Assembly: GCF_964355755.1 (NCBI RefSeq)
Contig: NC_092678.1
Location: 23,515,365 to 23,579,364 of the forward strand
Length of the DNA: 64,000 nucleotides
Source: Antedon mediterranea
Taxonomy: Eukaryota; Animalia; Echinodermata
Reading direction: 5' to 3'
A program made the translations under genes and the position numbers. The notes under the pieces are model-generated. The model made no database searches and was not told the origin of the DNA. It worked only from the letters and a program-made list of their open reading frames with translations. Shown one piece after another: positions 13,303-27,805 of this stretch; position 1 is the stretch's first letter; every line of letters begins with the position of its first letter.

Positions 13303-14061
13303 AATAGTAATTCAGATATGATATGGCCAATACAGGAAGGCCATTCTTCCTCTTCCTCTCTTAAGATACTTTTTAAGAACATGTTATCGGGTCATCCTAC
13401 CTTTGACCTTCAATGTCAATATCTTCTCAGTTCTCACAAAAAATGTTGCAAGTTTTATAAAATTAGATTTGTTTTATCTCCATGCAACATTTTTTTTTTT
13501 TACGAATGTCAGGTGTATAAATAATTCTACTCGCCATCTACTTGTTACGTTCGCACTTTGACACCAATGTCCTTCCGTCAAAGCACGTTCTTAAATTCAT
13601 TTGATCTCGGAATATGTTGATTGTCAGATAACAACAAAATGACTGGAGGTGTTGTGTGAACTAGAGTTTCAATACTAAGTGATGGATGAAGACATTTGAT
13701 CATTTTGCCAGGGTTATCGTACCATTTGTTTGTTACTCTTTCTCAAATAATTGCATTTCAAACGTTGACCTTTCCGTGTTCTTTTAAAAAAACATTTGTT
13801 TTATATTTTTTTATAATTAAATTATGTTTTTTCAAGTGTTGTCAATGAATCAAAGTTTGATTAAATCTTGACTCCAAAAGATAAAGCCAAGGATGACATT
13901 CTAATATTTCTCTTGAAAGATATGTCTGAGAACCATTTCATCCCCACCCTTACTTTTACTAATCCTAGAAATGGCAACAATATTTATCAATTTTGTTTCT
14001 TAAGTTAAGTCATGTTAAAAATCATTCTGCCCGTGCAGTGAAGATGGAATTTTCTCTCTTA

Positions 14062-14209
14062 AGCTCTGTCTACACTATCAAACTTTATGTGAAAAAAAAA
14101 ATGTGATGTGCCCATATATGGACATGATGATGACATATTTGGGAATATCACTACCATATTTGAGCACATCACACATTTTTCAAACTAGTTTGATAGTGTA
14201 GACAGAGCT
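14062..14209. mobile_element. MITE family A
   Basis: Perfect TIR agctctgtctacactatcaaact / agtttgatagtgtagacagagct. Confidence 0.85.
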
Positions 14210-16757
14210 TTTCACTATTCCTTTACACAGTTTTAGTGGTTTCTAAGCAAAGACTCATCAATGCGTAAGTTCTAGGTCTTCGAAAACTTGAGAGCTCCCT
14301 ATTAATATGTCTTGTTCTACATATTAACCATCCGTCTTCTATCAAATAATAATTGTCTTTCATTTAAATAAATCTGAACCACCTTAACTGGCTTAAATGG
14401 CTTGCAATACATGTGTTGGGTTAAAGTACAGTATCAGAGATAATCTAAGGAGCATGTTGTTGCAGACCGCAAAGTATCTTAATGTTTAGTCTCATAAGGC
14501 TTGTGTACTTAACATTAATATAACATACCACTTGAAAACAGGATCTAGCCAATTGAATGTAAACATACACATTATTAAATTATAATCTTGTATTATTCTG
14601 TGGTACCTGTTAAGTATTTCAGATTAGTTTTTGGCAACGTCCAGGTTTTTGCCAAATTGGTAAATACATTTTCGGAAAGCTTTCTATGTCAACTCCCAAT
14701 TAAACCTTTAATGAGACATTTTTTTCTATCACATTAATATTAATTTTTTTTTTTATTGAGAAGACATTGAAATACAATTTTTATTGGGATTAATGCAGTC
14801 ACTGGACTCCTGTTAGCATCTTTTTAAACACCTTAGATCCCGTTTGATGTGCCCATATATGGTAGTGATATGCCCAAATATAGTAGCGATATAACATCAC
14901 ATTTTTATTTCACGTAAAGTTTAATAGTTTAGTAGATATAGCTTTAGATAGTGATGATGATCTAAGCCGGGATCTTAGCTGTTTAAAAACCTTACACCCT
15001 TTAACTTGTTGGCACTCGCCCCAAGCCTTTTCTATCCCTGTATTGAATATGAGTTAGCAATATGGAATTTAGTATTATACTTGATATTGTCTGGAACACA
15101 TTTTGCTACCATATGTAGACTACTCACACATGTTTAACATATGGTATATTAAGATCTGATCACATTATGATTACTGTATGTGGTTAAGAAATGGTATTGC
15201 TTTGTGAGGAGAATTTATATGAATCTATTTGTTAAATTCAATTTAAACCTCAGTAACACTGGGGCATTTATTTTGGATTTAACATTCAATTTTGAACATT
15301 TGTTGCAACAACCAGTTGGGAATATATATATAATACTGTTGAGAGCTAAAACATTAGATTTTGTATTTTGATAAATTTAATTTTGGAAAATACTAGATTC
15401 ATGATGAGATTGTGTTTTTTCTTTCTAATAATAGTCTTTAGATTTAGGATTTAATTTTGTTGAAATTGTAGATGTAGATATGCTAACGATTTATCTGAGA
15501 GAAATGATTTTCAAAAGACATATTTTTACAATACTGAAATTGAGATTAAAAAGAGATGCTGTTCTTTAGTAGGACTCGCATAATCACACTTTCAATTTAT
15601 TTTAGCTGATTTGAGATGAACAAAAATAACCAAAATCGTCCTGTGGTATAAAATTATTAGTCCTATAAATTGCCCAGGATGAACTTCAGGATATGTTTAA
15701 TTAAGTTTAAATTTATATGAATACAAATGCAACCTGATATTTATCTAAAATAAGTTTTTTTCATTTTTAAGTAGTCATCGATAAAACTGTAAAATTGGTT
15801 AAAGTGAGTAATTTACTAATTTTACACTACCATCACGGGAACTTACTTTGTCAGCGTTTTAACACAAATGTTGTATCACCAACAAATTTACTAAAACATA
15901 AAACAGAATTTTAATAGAAGGTTTGGCATGAATAATTTGCTAAGTTTAAATTTATTTTAAATTTATTTTATTTAAATTTATTTCAACAATATTTTATGAG
16001 GGTGGTCCATCCAGCATCAGTTGATCATTAGGGACCCTCAAACAATACAAACAGTAAATACAAAATAAACTATAAAAACACAAAATTAACAAAGATAAAA
16101 AAAATAAATATATATATAAATATACAACACTCGTGCTTGGGAACAAATGTTCTCACAGTTTTGACACAAAGTTCTTGCCCTAAATTTAGTAAAACATAAA
16201 ACAGATTATTGAAACGCATGTCATTTGAATAATTAACTAATTTTAAGCAATACACAAGGGAAATTGTTTCTCTTGATTTTGTTATACCTGGAGTTTTTTT
16301 TCTCAAAAAACTTAATTCTATAAAGACAGAGGACAGTGACCTGTAATTTGTTAATTTGAGGTCACTGTTTAAACATTGTTATAATGTGTAAATAGGTTAA
16401 CTCTCCCAATAGCGCATATAGTACTCTCTGAAAAATCCTCCAAGTAGTCACAAAATAATTATTAACACTCAGAATACTGTACCAGAATTTCTTGAAAACC
16501 AGTGTCTGTATTTACTAATCACACTTAAGTGAGATATTTCCCTTAAATATTAAGTATTTTACTTAACTCAATAAGTATTTCCCTTAAATTGTATTCATTT
16601 TAGATAGGAGATTTTTTTTAATTTTAGGGGTAAGTGTTTCCCTTAGCCTAAATGTGAATAGTGAACTTAAAGCCTGCACAAGGGTGTCCCATTTTGGGAT
16701 AGATAACTTTCATACAGTATACCAGCCTTTTACTAATTAAAATTGCTTCATTTTCAG

Positions 16758-19700
16758 GTGCTATTCAGAGTATAATGAGCCGATGTTGTACACTCGGGAA
16801 AGAATTTGGAACAACAAATTTACATTGTGAATCGTACGAAAGCGTGTTTGGAATCCCAGAATCAGATCGCATAGACTGTGAAAATATTTTTAGCTCGTGT
16901 TGTAAGAGATCAATAGAAATTGCCTATTGTGATCGTGGAATAAGAGACTATAACACAATTAAGCGGTGTGTGTATGGTGGAATGCTATCAGCGTCTTGTT
17001 TCAACATTCAGGATGAGGTAAGTGGTTTGCTGGTTATGGTGCTTGCCTACCGATTCAAAGGTGTGGGTTCAATTCTGGTTATGATTTTTACTTATAATTT
17101 TTAGAGAATAAGATTGGTTTGTCTGATGCCTGTTGAGAGACCCACTGCTTCGCTGCACAACCCTAATTAGCCCAAACCCCACAATGATGACCTGACCTAT
17201 GAGAGAATATATTTATAGGAGAACCATAATTTTTTTCTATTTGAAATCTTTTGGAAATACTGTAGGCCTGAATAAATAAAAAATAAAAACCTTTTTTTAT
17301 ATCCTTTAATGTTTGGTCATTATAGCCACATTCACAATTGATCTTTGACCTCGAAAAACATCTTATCAACCCGCTTAGCAATCACTTAATTGGCGTACAG
17401 TTAGTGTTTCAAATGTATTCGCAAATTTTATTATAAACTATAAACTTATGTGAAATCTTGTTGTACTATTTAAACTTTACAAAAAGGTCAGAATGTAAAT
17501 GCTCGGTATCCTCTGAATCGTATACAACTTGACTCATAGTGACAAGATCTATTGATACCTTCTCATATCAGTCGCTAGCAGCCACGTCTCAAGGTGTCTG
17601 CTCTTGCCATCTCCAAGGCTAATCAAAGAAAATGTTGAATCATATGTTGTTAGATTAAAGTGAAACTTTAGCAGAGCTTGGTGCAACATTTCACCCTTTT
17701 GAGATTAAGTTTAACACTATATATGTTCCAGTTTGATGTGAAAGTGATCTTTATAAAAGCATTAGCAGAGGATTTTAGCAAAGTCCTAGGCACTTTCTTG
17801 ATAAGATTAAATGATTTGTTATAATCTATTCAGCATCCTTATTCCCCATCCCAGATTTTCAAAAGTCAATCTTTTGCCAAGTTTTCTATACCAATTTGTG
17901 TCAAATGTTATCAATACATTTTATACTCTACTTGTAATATCTTAAAGTTGGTAATCTTCTAATTTCTTTCTCAAGAGGCTTTTAAACAAAATTTGTTTTG
18001 CTAAAGCTCCCTCTGTCTATACTATCAAACTTTATGTGAAAAAAAATTTGAGGTGCCCATATCACTACCATATTTGGGCACATCGCACTTTTTGATTGAT
18101 TTTTTTTGATAGTGTAGTACAGAGCTATAGTAATGTTTATATTTTCTTCCCCTTCCCAACATTTTAAAAACACTTTAATTTTTGAAATTATTTTCTGAAT
18201 CCAAAAGTCTATGCAAGTTCAACTCTTTCCTAAACTTGAATTCTCATTTCTGTATGGTTGTACAAGACAATGTAATTTTCTCTGTAGACAGAGAAACTGA
18301 TTTTACAATAACTTAATCATCTCCTACTGTAAATGTTCTAAGAAATTATATTCCCCTGCTTAGCTTCTAGGAACTTATTGATAATTCAAATTTCAAAATG
18401 TTTAGCCGCCTCACCAATTATCCACAATTAGGGGCAATTTGAGAGTACTGTATACCTAATTTTAAAGTATTGGTGGAGGTCTTACAGTGTCTATGCAAGG
18501 AATGGTTACACAAACATCATCAAATTCCTATAATAATGTTTGTATTTTGAATATGCTTTAGGGAAGATACTGACGTTCACAGATTACTGCCAGTTACACA
18601 TTAATAATGTGTTTGTTTCAGTAAGAATGCATTGTAAGCCAGGGGTCACAGGTTCAAATCTAGTGAGAGGTCATAGGTTCAAATCCAGCGAGAGGTCATA
18701 GGTTCAAATCCAGAGAGAGTTCATAGGTTCAAGTCAAGCGAGAGGTCGTACGTTCATTAGAGTTTTTAGATACAATTATTTTATTCATTTACTGTCCAAA
18801 CAAATTAATTGCTTACTATTATTTACTACTCTATAAGTAATTACTTAATATCAGCATGAAAATTAAGTTTTCTTACTCTTAGATAGGAGTATGAGTAATG
18901 AATGTAATGTTTAACATTGCTAGGTATTGCATACTTGTGTTATTTATTTTCATCTATTACAATCATGTTTAACGACAATATTTTGTAGCTGTAGGACGTT
19001 TCATGCCCGTGAATTTGCTGTCTATCGTACGTTTTAACGTTGGTGGTCGAGATCAGCTGTCACTGGGATCATCTTTTGTTGTCTTTGATGTGCTCATCTT
19101 CAGTTGTGGCAGCCATGTTGGCCAACCAATTGGCGTCGATCACTGTCAGTCTAGCCGTAGGTGACATGTCACCTGGAATGTACCACTGTATATTACTCAC
19201 TTTGTCTGTTTGTACATGCTGTAGGTCTCTGCTGGAATACAACCAATCACAGCACACTCAAATTTAACCTGTGTTTTCATTACCATGCCAAAGAGTATTA
19301 AAATAGTTAGTTTTTAAAATAGAATGGATATAAAATATTAAAAATTTGATGTCAAAATTTGAAGCAAGCATAAACATGATACTGAATAGCTTTCTCGGGA
19401 GGTCTTGTCAATATGTTCATTCCAGTATAATGATAATAATAATTTTATTTCTAAATTTTCAATTTGGAGATAATTGATTTATTATTAATTTCAGCGTAGT
19501 GTTCTAGGAACTTTTTCAGTGAAGATTAATTCTCTTGTCTACACTATCAAACTTTATGTGATAAAAAAATGTGATATTCCCCTATATGGACATGATGATG
19601 TCTTATCACTACCATATTTTGTTACATACAGTAAAGTTTGATGGTGTAAACAGAGCTTAAGTTTTAGTTCGTACACAAACAAAAAAGAAGAGATATCTTT

Positions 19701-22700
19701 CTATCTTAACTCCACACCTGAATGAATACACATGTTCCAGGTGGCACTGTACAACTATTTTTATAATTTAATTTTACAAAAGCAGGTGACAACGACATGT
19801 GTCATTTAACCGGTGTGTGAACTGTCAATCACATGGTTTCTATGGCGATACGCTGTACACAGCTAGCAAGAAATATACCACAAACAAAATGATAATATTT
19901 ATACTTTATGATTTACTTTATTAAAACTCTGTAAAATAATCATAAATAAAGAATAAGTTCTGAGTTATTGGGCATTACTTGCGGTCAAAGGTTAAGTGGC
20001 CTCAAATCTTAAAATTTGCGAATTTCTGATATGAGCTAGCATATCAAATTTCATGCTTCTATTACCCAATTTGATGTATTATGGGTCTACAGTCCCACTT
20101 TCATAGGGTCCTAATAATCCTATAAGTTATAGATTATTATCTATATTATTACGCTTTCCTTAATATTAATTTGTTTATGAATTTCATAGGAATGCTGCAA
20201 GTGTTGTCGTCTGGGTTCAAATGCAGGAGAACAAGGAATGGACTGCAATGCTGAAATACCAGACTTAGGCACACTTTGTAAAAGCTCCTTCTTAACTTGC
20301 TGCCTTGATAGTTCTGGAAGGCCTGGTAACGTTCCAAGCCCTACTACTACCACAGTTGATAATGGTAAGTTGTTGGATTCATTCTCTTATTACGCAATCT
20401 TTGAATCAACATTAAGCATTACATTGTGGGATGGTTGACAAACACGCACGAGAAACCTTGCACATCTTGGCACATAAACAATATTGTAAAATCTATATAA
20501 AAAATTATACATTTTGGGGATGCATAAAATCATTCTACATGGACAGGGCTCAATTTTATCAAACTTTTTATGTCAATTGCATTGTGGGACGATTGACAAT
20601 CATGCATAAAAATCCTTGCAGAGCATATCAACTACATTGTAAAAGTCACATAACAAATTATACATTTTGTGGAATACACAACATCATTCGACATGGGCAG
20701 GGCTCAATTTTATCAACCTTTTTACACATCACATTTCAAGCAAGGCTACTCAACTTATTTCACTTAGAACCCTTTCCTTTGGGATCTTCAAATGCACAGA
20801 TTTGATTGAACCTACCATACCCTAAACTATATTTCTAGCTTTATCTTTATTGTTTTATTTTTAGGAGTGAATGAGTGTAACACTCCAGGAGTGTGTCAGC
20901 ATCGCTGCGTTGATACGCCAAACTCCTACTATTGTGAATGTAATCCTGGATATATCCTACAATCTGACGGAATCACTTGCATCCCAGGTAACAGAACGTT
21001 CCATTCAAAATATATCATGTAAATGTATATGTATATATGAATCAAACGATGTATTGGTTTGTGTACATTCATATCCAGCATTATAAATTAGTGGGGGCTA
21101 AATAGTTCATAAATGATATCAAATAAAATATAGTCATTATTTTATTTAAAAAAGACATGACTCATGTTAAATTGTTGGGGGGCTAAAGTCTGTCTATCGT
21201 TGCAAAAACTATGCAACCATTTAAAGCTAAAAAATCATGCAAACAGAATCACATAGTGGAAAACAAACTCAACCTTATTCTTATTTTGTTCTTAATTTTT
21301 CATTCATTTCATAGATCATTTAAAAGAAAAACATTTAACAGAAAGATGCCATGTGTTAATAATATTTTAAAACATAAAAAGGAAGAATCATATTACAGAA
21401 AGTGAACAAGGATGTTTTGGCTTCTGTAAATTGGCCCGCCCGAGTATTAGGAAGTCATTGATTGTTAAACAAGGGTGTTTGGTTAGTTTAACGTCTCAAA
21501 TGATGGTCGTTTGTCTGCTCACGCAATACCTAGATAACTTTAACATACAGTACACATATGAAAAATCTTTTTAAAAACCTGTACCAGAAAATGTAAAAAA
21601 AAAAAGTAGGCTGTTAAACAAAGCTATCCCCAGATTCAACAATGGATGTAAATGCATTATAAAGATAATTTGTAATAGCGATTTAATAAAGTAAAGGGGA
21701 TAAAATTAATTTGGCCTTGTTCTGACAATTTAACTTGAACTCTGTTGGTGTATTATCTTGTCCTTAGCCTTGAGGTGTAAAGGTCAGACAAATCTTTCCT
21801 TTCTACATTTCTTTGTTCATATTAACCAGTAATTAAAGTCTGTTATTTTAAGTCACATGTTATATCTCTTTCAATTATGACCCTCTAACAATAGTATATG
21901 TACATGGTATATGTCGTACACTGATAATAAGTGTTTTTTAGTTAAATATGGGGAAATTTAATTTTCATGAGTTGAAAGATTGAATGGTCTATTCAACAAA
22001 TATTAATTAGGATCTAGTCAGGCTTTAAAAAAAATTAAAATCAAATATTGTTCAATTAATGATTTTTCTTAAGCTCTGTCTACACTATCAAACTAGTTTG
22101 ACAAAAAAAGTGTGATGTGCCCAAATATTGTAGTGATATGCTTAAATATGGTAGTGATATGACATCATCATGTCCATATATGAGCACATCACATTTTTAT
22201 TATATATAATATAATTTGTTGTTTTATCTTGTTTCTGTAGCTGGGGGTGATAGGTGTACGATATCATCACCATGTGAGCATCAGTGTACTGATACTGGAG
22301 AGGAAATCATCTGTTCTTGTGACTCAGGCTATGAACTTCATACTGATTCAAGATCTTGTAATGGTAAGCTTATAAAGCTCTGTCTACACTATCAAACTAG
22401 TTTGACAAAAAATGTGTGATGTGCCCAAATACGGTAGTGATATGACATCATCATGTCCATATATGGACACATCACGTTTTTTGTCACTTACAGTTTGATA
22501 GTGTAGACAGAGCTTTAATTTAGTGCTTATGTATTTTAGAATTATATCCTTATCCTCATTTTTGAATTGAATTGAAATTGAAATTTATATTTATACTGGG
22601 TAACCTCTTCAGTCAAAGACTGGTCTCCCAGAGGGCCCAGTTGGTGATCAGTGGCTGTGATGTACTAATACACCGGAGTAACCCCCTACTCGTCTCAAAA

Positions 22701-25700
22701 GATGTACTAGGTTCTTTAAAGTGCACACGAGCTAGATGTGTACACTGGACCTACGGTTTATAGTCCTTATCCGAGAAGACTCGTTCTACCACCAGAACCA
22801 TGGAGTGAGTGAGCCTCGAACCCCTGCCGATGTTATGGCTACGGAATTACGGTTCCACTGTCTTAACCGCTCGGCCACTCACTCACTGGACAACCCTATT
22901 AATTCAGGGGACACAATTACAATGAAACAGTTGATATGCTTGCTTTACAGTTTTGACTTTGATAATAATACTTATTTTTGTTTGTTGTAGATGTGGATGA
23001 ATGCCGTGTAGGGAATCCATGTCAAGCTGGTGAGACTTGTATCAATGAAGTTGGAGCATATACATGTCAGAGAGCTATTAGATGTGAATCAGGATACGAA
23101 TATAGTGACCTCGCACAACAATGCACAGGTAATTCAATAAATTAAATTCCATTCAATTCCATTTAATTCTATTCAATTCCATTTAATTCCATTCAACTTC
23201 ACAAATCCATATCCAGAAGAAAAATAACAAAGAGCCATGTGATGTAGAAGTATTACTAATGCAGATCTTAAGCTCTGTCTACATTAGCAAAGTTCTGTGA
23301 CAAAAAAATGTGATGTGCCCATATATGTGCACGATGATGTCATATAACTACCATATTTGGGCATATCACTACTATATTTGGGCACATCAAACTCTTTTTG
23401 TCAAACTAGTTTAATATATGCAGACAGAGCTTTATGTATACAACGAAAGACTTCTCCACCAGCTTTTGTCATTTTTACATAACATAAATATTCTATCCAA
23501 TCAAATTTGCACCATACCATGAAAGCCCCAGCAGTGGTTTACTGGTAGGATGTCAGAAGATTCTTGGTTCAAGTCTTGATTCTTCTCATTCTCAAAGATT
23601 TTCTCATCTACACCATTTATTACCTAATCACCAAGTGGGTTAGAGTTTACATGTAAAGTTAACATTTTTATTATATATTGAATTTTAAGTTTCTTTTTGG
23701 GAAGTTTTCAGTCTACAAACAATTTAAAAGAATACACCGTTCATTTTTCAGATATAAACGAATGCTTGTTGTATCCAACAATTTGTGCCCTCAAACAATG
23801 CGTAAACCGAGTGGGTAGCTACCAATGTGTTGACCGTAAAGTCCCTACTAAGCAGTGTAGCGAGGGCTATGAGGTTTACAAAGGAACTTGCAGAGGTATC
23901 AAGATATAGCCTCTATAGCCTGGTAGACGCTCCCCATCCCTTCATTTAGAATTGCAGTAGCTGTAGTATAGAAACATTTCTAACTATGCATTTCAAACTT
24001 AATATCTGCCCTCCCCCCCTCCCCTCTCTCTTTCCTAACAAAACTAATTTGATTAAAGTGACAATTGGTAAATAGAAATAGATAGATCAGTAACACATCG
24101 ATTAAAAAAATTATTGGGTGTCAGGGATCGAATCCAGGAATTTTAAACATAGCAATAGTGTTAGTCTATCAAAAATAGATATCATAAAGTAGTTCATATT
24201 CTTTGTAGCTGTCAAAATAGAGTCTTGTCCCAAGCACTATCCCCTACATGGATCTGCCCCAAAGTGGTGTAATGAGCTTGTAAGCTTTAGATTCATAATG
24301 AACCTAAGAATTACTTTTGTGGCAGCTTTTAAAGTATCTTTCAATTACTGTATTTCTGCCTACATTAAGTGTAGGTCTATTCGTCAACAGTATACACTTA
24401 TACATACATTGATGCTGTATATTGTTTCTGTATGTTTCTCCTTAACATTTCATCCAATTTTTATTTTTTTTTTATTATTATCTTAGCTTCACGTTGTTCA
24501 TTTAATGTCATCAATAATTCTTGCATGAAAACATTTATTATTTTATTTTTCCAAACATTTGACAATAGATAGTACACTGTAATCGTTCATGTCATTATAA
24601 TGCAGTAATATTTACCATAGTACAATTTTTTTAGTTTAATGAAAGCTAGAATTATTAAAAGTATAACATCATTGACTACCCATGCTGACTTCCAATCAAT
24701 TTGATTTTTCTCACACTAATTAGTTTTTAATCAGTAGACAACAGTCCAATTCTGCTAGCTTCATACTTCATTAACTTTTAAGATTTCCGCTAATTAGCAA
24801 TGACAAGATAACAATAAATCATTATCAGCTAGTTTTAACTTTGTTGTTCTGTATCTTGAAGACTAACAAAACTTTTTTTTCCAACAGAAGATGGCGCTCA
24901 ACTAATTCTTAGTATTCATAATTACTCACTGTACATGCATGTATACCTACCCGAATAATATAGTTCTCTTTCCTCAGATATTAATGAGTGCGTACAAAAT
25001 CCCAGTGCCTGTTCTCCTGGATCTCGCTGTGAAAATAGTCCCGGCAGTTATAAGTGTACTCGTATCACGCCATGCGGCACGGGTTATACAATGAATGCTG
25101 TTACGCAAAGTTGTGATGGTTAGATTAACTTAATACTAATATAATTATTAATTAGGATTAATTAAAAGATAATCCTTTATTACGCTTGGTCTTTCTTTTC
25201 CATCCTTAATCCTAATAATCCTGTAACAATAGATGTAAAACCTAACTTTACTTTTTTACCCTCCTCCTTTCCTTAGTTTTGCATCAGATTTTGAAAATAA
25301 AAATTGATAATATAGTTGTTTAATATAAAGTAGAACTTAATATAATATCGAAGTAACTAATTTATACAACACAGCAAAAAAGTACAACTAGTGTTTATAT
25401 TGAATAAACACATGCATTGCTGACAACAATACAATATGTAGTTTCCATGCAAGAGGATTACTAATAAAGCCAGAGTCAGCAAGATACATTTAATATAATT
25501 GAATTTACACATTATTGGATCATTTTAACAGGCTGCATGTGAATTGAGACTTAAAAATACATTTGTGCGAATTTATTTATTTGGATGATATCATTATTAA
25601 ATATTATTTTCTTTATGTGGTAGATATTGATGAATGCGCCCTCGGTGTACATACATGTAATCAGAAAGAAAGATGTATAAACTACAGAGGGCGATTCAGG

Positions 25701-27805
25701 TGCGAGAATTGTCGACGAGGATTTAAAGTTGATGGAAGCAACCAGTGTACAATTGGTAATAATCACAATACTTGTTTCTCAACAGCTCCACATATAACAT
25801 GATCCCTCACTAATTTGGCACATATGGCGTTTCATATGTATACTACTTGAGCTCGTAGACAAAAATCGCTGACTGGTGGACTGACATAAAAAAGACAAGA
25901 GACTTGGGGCAAGTCTAAATCTCTGTCTACACTATCAAACTTTATGTGACTAATGTGATTTGCCCATATATGGACATGATGATGTCATATCACTACCATA
26001 TTTGGACACATCACACTCTTTTTGTCAAACTAGTTTGATAGTGTAGACAGAGCTTAAGACAGTTATTGTACCAATAACGTTTTATCATCTATTTGTAGAT
26101 ATTAATGAATGTGAAGAGGAAGTGAATGCGTGTAGATCCAACACTATTTGTCAGAATACAATAGGAGGATACCAATGTAGGAGAAGGTGCCCTACAGGAT
26201 ATAAATATGATGAAGTACAACAAGCATGTATTGGTAAGACAATCAATATTTATTTTCTCCTGGCAAAGTCAGATAGTGGCCTAATAAAGTATCCTCCCTC
26301 TTACACAATCACAAACATACAAGATGCCCTACACAAACAAAGTTTTATTACAAGTCTTTGGAAGTAGAGTTGTTTTTTAACCCAGGAGCCTGGGATTGGT
26401 GGCTTAGCATCTAAACCACCAAGCTACAGGTTCAAATCCTACAAAGATACCAGTGTGTTATGTTTTAATGTTTGAATTCAGCTTTTCTACACTATAAAAC
26501 TAATTTTACAAAAAAAGTGTAATGTGCCCAAATATGGTGGTGATATGACTAAATATGGTAGTCATGTACATATATGGGCACATCACATTTACCAAATTTT
26601 TTTTGTCACATAAAGTTTGATAGTGTAAACAGAGCCTTAAACTGTTTGTTTTCAGATGTGGATGAGTGTTCAGAGAATAGTCACAACTGTTTGGTTGGAC
26701 AGACGTGTGTGAACAGACAAGGAAGCTTTACATGTCAATGTCCTCTAGGATACAACGCCAACAGACTAACAGGAAGATGTGAAGGTATGGGCATAGTCTA
26801 GGATCTTTCATAAGAGTCAACTAAACTCATATAATCCACGTTTTATATATTTGATGGAATATTTAATTTATTATATTTTGTTGTAGATGTTGACGAGTGC
26901 CAGCGTCGTGTATGTCAACATAAATGTACAAACACGCCTGGTAGTTTTCAGTGTTCATGTAATGAGGGTTTCGAACTTAACAGCGATGGCAGGACTTGTA
27001 AAGGTAAGCCCCTTTCACACATCTCTATGTTCTAAATAACCTCTGCTTCCTATCAGACACAGACAATTTCTAGCCTACAAGGTGTATTCACACTTGCTCC
27101 GTTTTATGAACGCTGCTTTGGTAAATATTGAAAAAATCATGTAAAGAATTGAACAGTGGTGCACATTTATTTAGATTTTTTAAATAAACTCTGTCAAGTA
27201 ACTCCAATAACATTTTTATGTTTGACAAAATCTTGAATCTGTTTTGGGTTTTATAACATTTTAAAAATTTATTTTGCTTCCGCAAGATTTGGATGAGTGT
27301 GTTATCTCATCACCATGTCAACAGCGATGTATGAACACGTACGGATCGTATAGATGTTATTGTGAGCGGGGATATAGGACAAGAGAGGATGGAAGTTGTG
27401 TGGATAATGACGAATGTAGTTTATTTGCTGGTAGAGGGCGCCTGTGTGGTGGTATTTGTTACAATACACTTGGATCATATGAATGTCGCTGCCCTCCTGG
27501 TTATACTTTACAATCTGACCGTAGAACTTGTAAAGGTGAGATTTTTAAATTGTTAGGTAAAATATTAAATATTGTTTGGTTAATGTTACAGGCTATAAAT
27601 GTTTCTACTTTTAAGAAACTGGATTTGTCAAGCTAGCCAAATACCACAACTTAATTTTTGACTAATTAATTGTTTTTTTTTAAGATCAAAATGAGTGTGA
27701 TCTTGGTCTTGACAATTGTGGGTCTGAGCACACATGCTTCAACATTGGCGGAAGTTTCAAGTGTAATTATGTACAGTGTCCAAATTATTTCACTAAAGAT
27801 AATAG
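16758..27805 (+). CDS. FBLN1: Fibulin-1/2 family protein, shared coding exons (anaphylatoxin-like region plus 12 EGF/cbEGF modules); signal-peptide exon not located
   Basis: In-phase GT-AG exons: 16758-17017 and 20190-20364 (CC-containing anaphylatoxin-like repeats), then 20865-20987, 22241-22363, 22991-23128, 23752-23895, 24978-25118, 25624-25755, 26099-26233, 26656-26784, 26887-27003, 27287-27535 (two EGF) and 27685-27805. The D(I/V)(D/N)EC...C.N..GS(Y/F).C cbEGF motifs sit in phase-1 exons. Likely co-orthologous to vertebrate FBLN1/FBLN2. Confidence 0.92.
18645..18757 (+). repeat. About 25 bp tandem repeat of a B-box-like motif, about 5 copies
   Basis: ggtcataggttcaaatccagcgaga units. Probably an amplified SINE/tRNA T-arm remnant. 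Confidence 0.7.
22376..22514. mobile_element. MITE family A, 12 bp downstream of a fibulin donor site
   Basis: Both TIRs are present. A partial copy also lies at about 22072-22200, just upstream of the same exon. Confidence 0.85.
22590..22885 (-). mobile_element. tRNA-derived SINE with a Deu/Nin-like core (same family as 48790-49110)
   Basis: Reverse complement of 48790-49090, with A box tggccgagcgg and B box ggttcgaggct on the minus strand. Confidence 0.85.
23271..23431. mobile_element. MITE family A
   Basis: Degenerate TIRs with a tta/tta target-site duplication. Confidence 0.8.
25919..26054. mobile_element. MITE family A
   Basis: TIRs with a taa/taa target-site duplication. Confidence 0.85.

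Noticed and set aside
13003-13524. 173-aa ORF
   Set aside because: It runs through a local duplication and a MITE, with no recognisable domain or exon structure.
17299-17307. ATATCCTTT resembling a U12 AT-AC donor
   Set aside because: It lies mid-intron with no upstream exon, so it is probably a chance match in AT-rich DNA.
23140-23200. (ATTCC/ATTCA)-like short repeat reminiscent of the SCA10 ATTCT repeat
   Set aside because: It is in a fibulin intron rather than ATXN10, and is short and degenerate.
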